NCBI GenBank assembly: GCA_963575745.1
Contig: CAUYUJ010000225.1
Coordinates: 806,001-870,000, forward strand
Length of the DNA stretch: 64,000 nucleotides
Origin: Prorocentrum cordatum
Taxonomy: Eukaryota
Reading direction: 5' to 3'
Under the pieces are notes generated by a model. It saw nothing but the letters and a program-made list of their open reading frames with translations. It was not told the DNA's origin and made no database searches. A program made the translations under genes and the position numbers. Shown here one piece after another: positions 62,801 to 64,000 of this stretch; within the stretch, counting starts at the first letter, position 1, and the number at the start of each line of letters is the position of its first letter.

Positions 62801-64000
62801 GACGGCCGAAAAAGCGCCCAAGACGTTCCAAAGAGGCCTCCAAGAGCACCCCCAAGATAGGCAAAATCAAATCTTCACCGGAAAACCAACAGTTTTAGTA
62901 TAACATACGACTTCTCGGCCTTCACGGCGTCCAAGAAGGCCCAAAGGGCCCCCAAGACCGCCCCGAGACGACCCAAGAGGCCCCCAAGAGGGCCCCAACA
63001 CGGCCCAAGAGGGCCCCAAGACGGCCCAAGAGGCGCCCAAGACGACCCAAGAGAGCTACAAGACTGCCCCAAGAGGGGCCAGAGAGGGGGAGCCAGACCG
63101 ACGATTCGAGCCTTCCGCCTCAAGATGCCACCAGCCCCAAGAGGCCCACAAGAGGCCCCAAGAGGCCCCCCAGAGACCCTAAGACGCCCCAAGAGGTCCC
63201 AAAACGGCCCCCAAGAGCCTTCAACATTGCCTCCGACAGGCCCCCGAGAGGCCTCCCAAGACATCCCAACGAACATTCATGAGGCCTATGACACATAACC
63301 CAGTCACTGTGGCGGAATCATTAGGTCCGCCGCCCCTGTGGTCTTGCCACAGGGGTGCCTGGCGTGCTCGACCCTATACGGCTTGGTTTGGGTGCTTTCC
63401 CCAAAGAACTCCCCATGGGGCTTCGGCCGATCCCGCGGGCCGCCCAAAAGGCTGCCGAAAATGCCCGGGTGGTTGCCCAAATCGCCTCCAAGACGAACAA
63501 GATGGCCCCAGATGGCCTCCAAGACGGCCGAGATGGCCTCCAAGGTCGCCCAAGATGGTCCAAGATGGCCTCCAAGACGGCCCGAGAGGTTCCAAGATGT
63601 CTCTAAGTCTGCCCAAGAAGCCTCCAAGACGGCCCAAGAGGCCCCTAAAAGGCCTCCAAGACGGTCCAAGAGGCCTCCAAGAGGTCCTCCAGGAGGGCCC
63701 GAGGATGCCAAAATCATAGAGGTTCTGTAAGTGTTTGAACGATTTGGGCATTTGCTTCTTTTCGGCCTTCCGACGGAGGCTCCCAAGATCGTCCCCAAAG
63801 CGCCCAAGAGGCCTCCAAAACGGCCCCATGATAGCCCAAGAAGCCCCCAAGACGGCCTACGGCCCAGAGGGAGGCCCAAGAAGGCCAAAGAGGCCTCCAT
63901 GACGGTCAAGATGGCCTCCAAGACGGCCCTGAAACACCCCTCGAGGGCCCCAAGGCGGTCCAGAGGCCCCCAAGACGGCTCCCGACGGCATCAGGCGGCC

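Larger units (their letters stand above)
32380..64000 (+). repeat. Tandem mosaic macro-repeat (core about 6.8 kb; two copies plus the start of a third) built from several satellites
   Basis: Colinear matches: 32616-32688/52412-52483; 32713-34525/53980-55972; 34526-34640/59960-60083; 41885-42509/60088-60648; 50660-52375/61085-63120; 52540-52920/63325-63720. Confidence 0.85.

Overview
This is a GC-rich, repeat-dominated eukaryotic window, most consistent with a dinoflagellate nuclear genome. That assignment is inferred from a relict dinoflagellate spliced-leader, candidate GC/GA-donor mini-exons and long (CCT)n/(CAT)n tracts. Most ORFs in the supplied track are artefacts of microsatellites and satellites. 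Credible coding signal comes from five places: (1) a frameshifted CRE-clade RT plus restriction-like-endonuclease retrotransposon (2689-5025, minus); (2) a decayed APE-RT LINE (about 18.7-23.6 kb); (3) a further RT fragment (28.8-30.3 kb); (4) a near-intact ORF1 + APE-RT-RNase H LINE (43.9-50.2 kb) bracketed by two direct copies of a TIR-bearing MITE; (5) an intronless ~600-aa LRR gene (57287-59089) preceded by a degenerate spliced-leader. From about 32.4 kb to the end, the window is a tandem ~7-kb mosaic-satellite macro-repeat whose copies carry different large insertions, so empty and filled sites can be compared within the window. No rRNA, tRNA or CRISPR array was recognised. All alignments were done by eye, so coordinates of diverged features are approximate.
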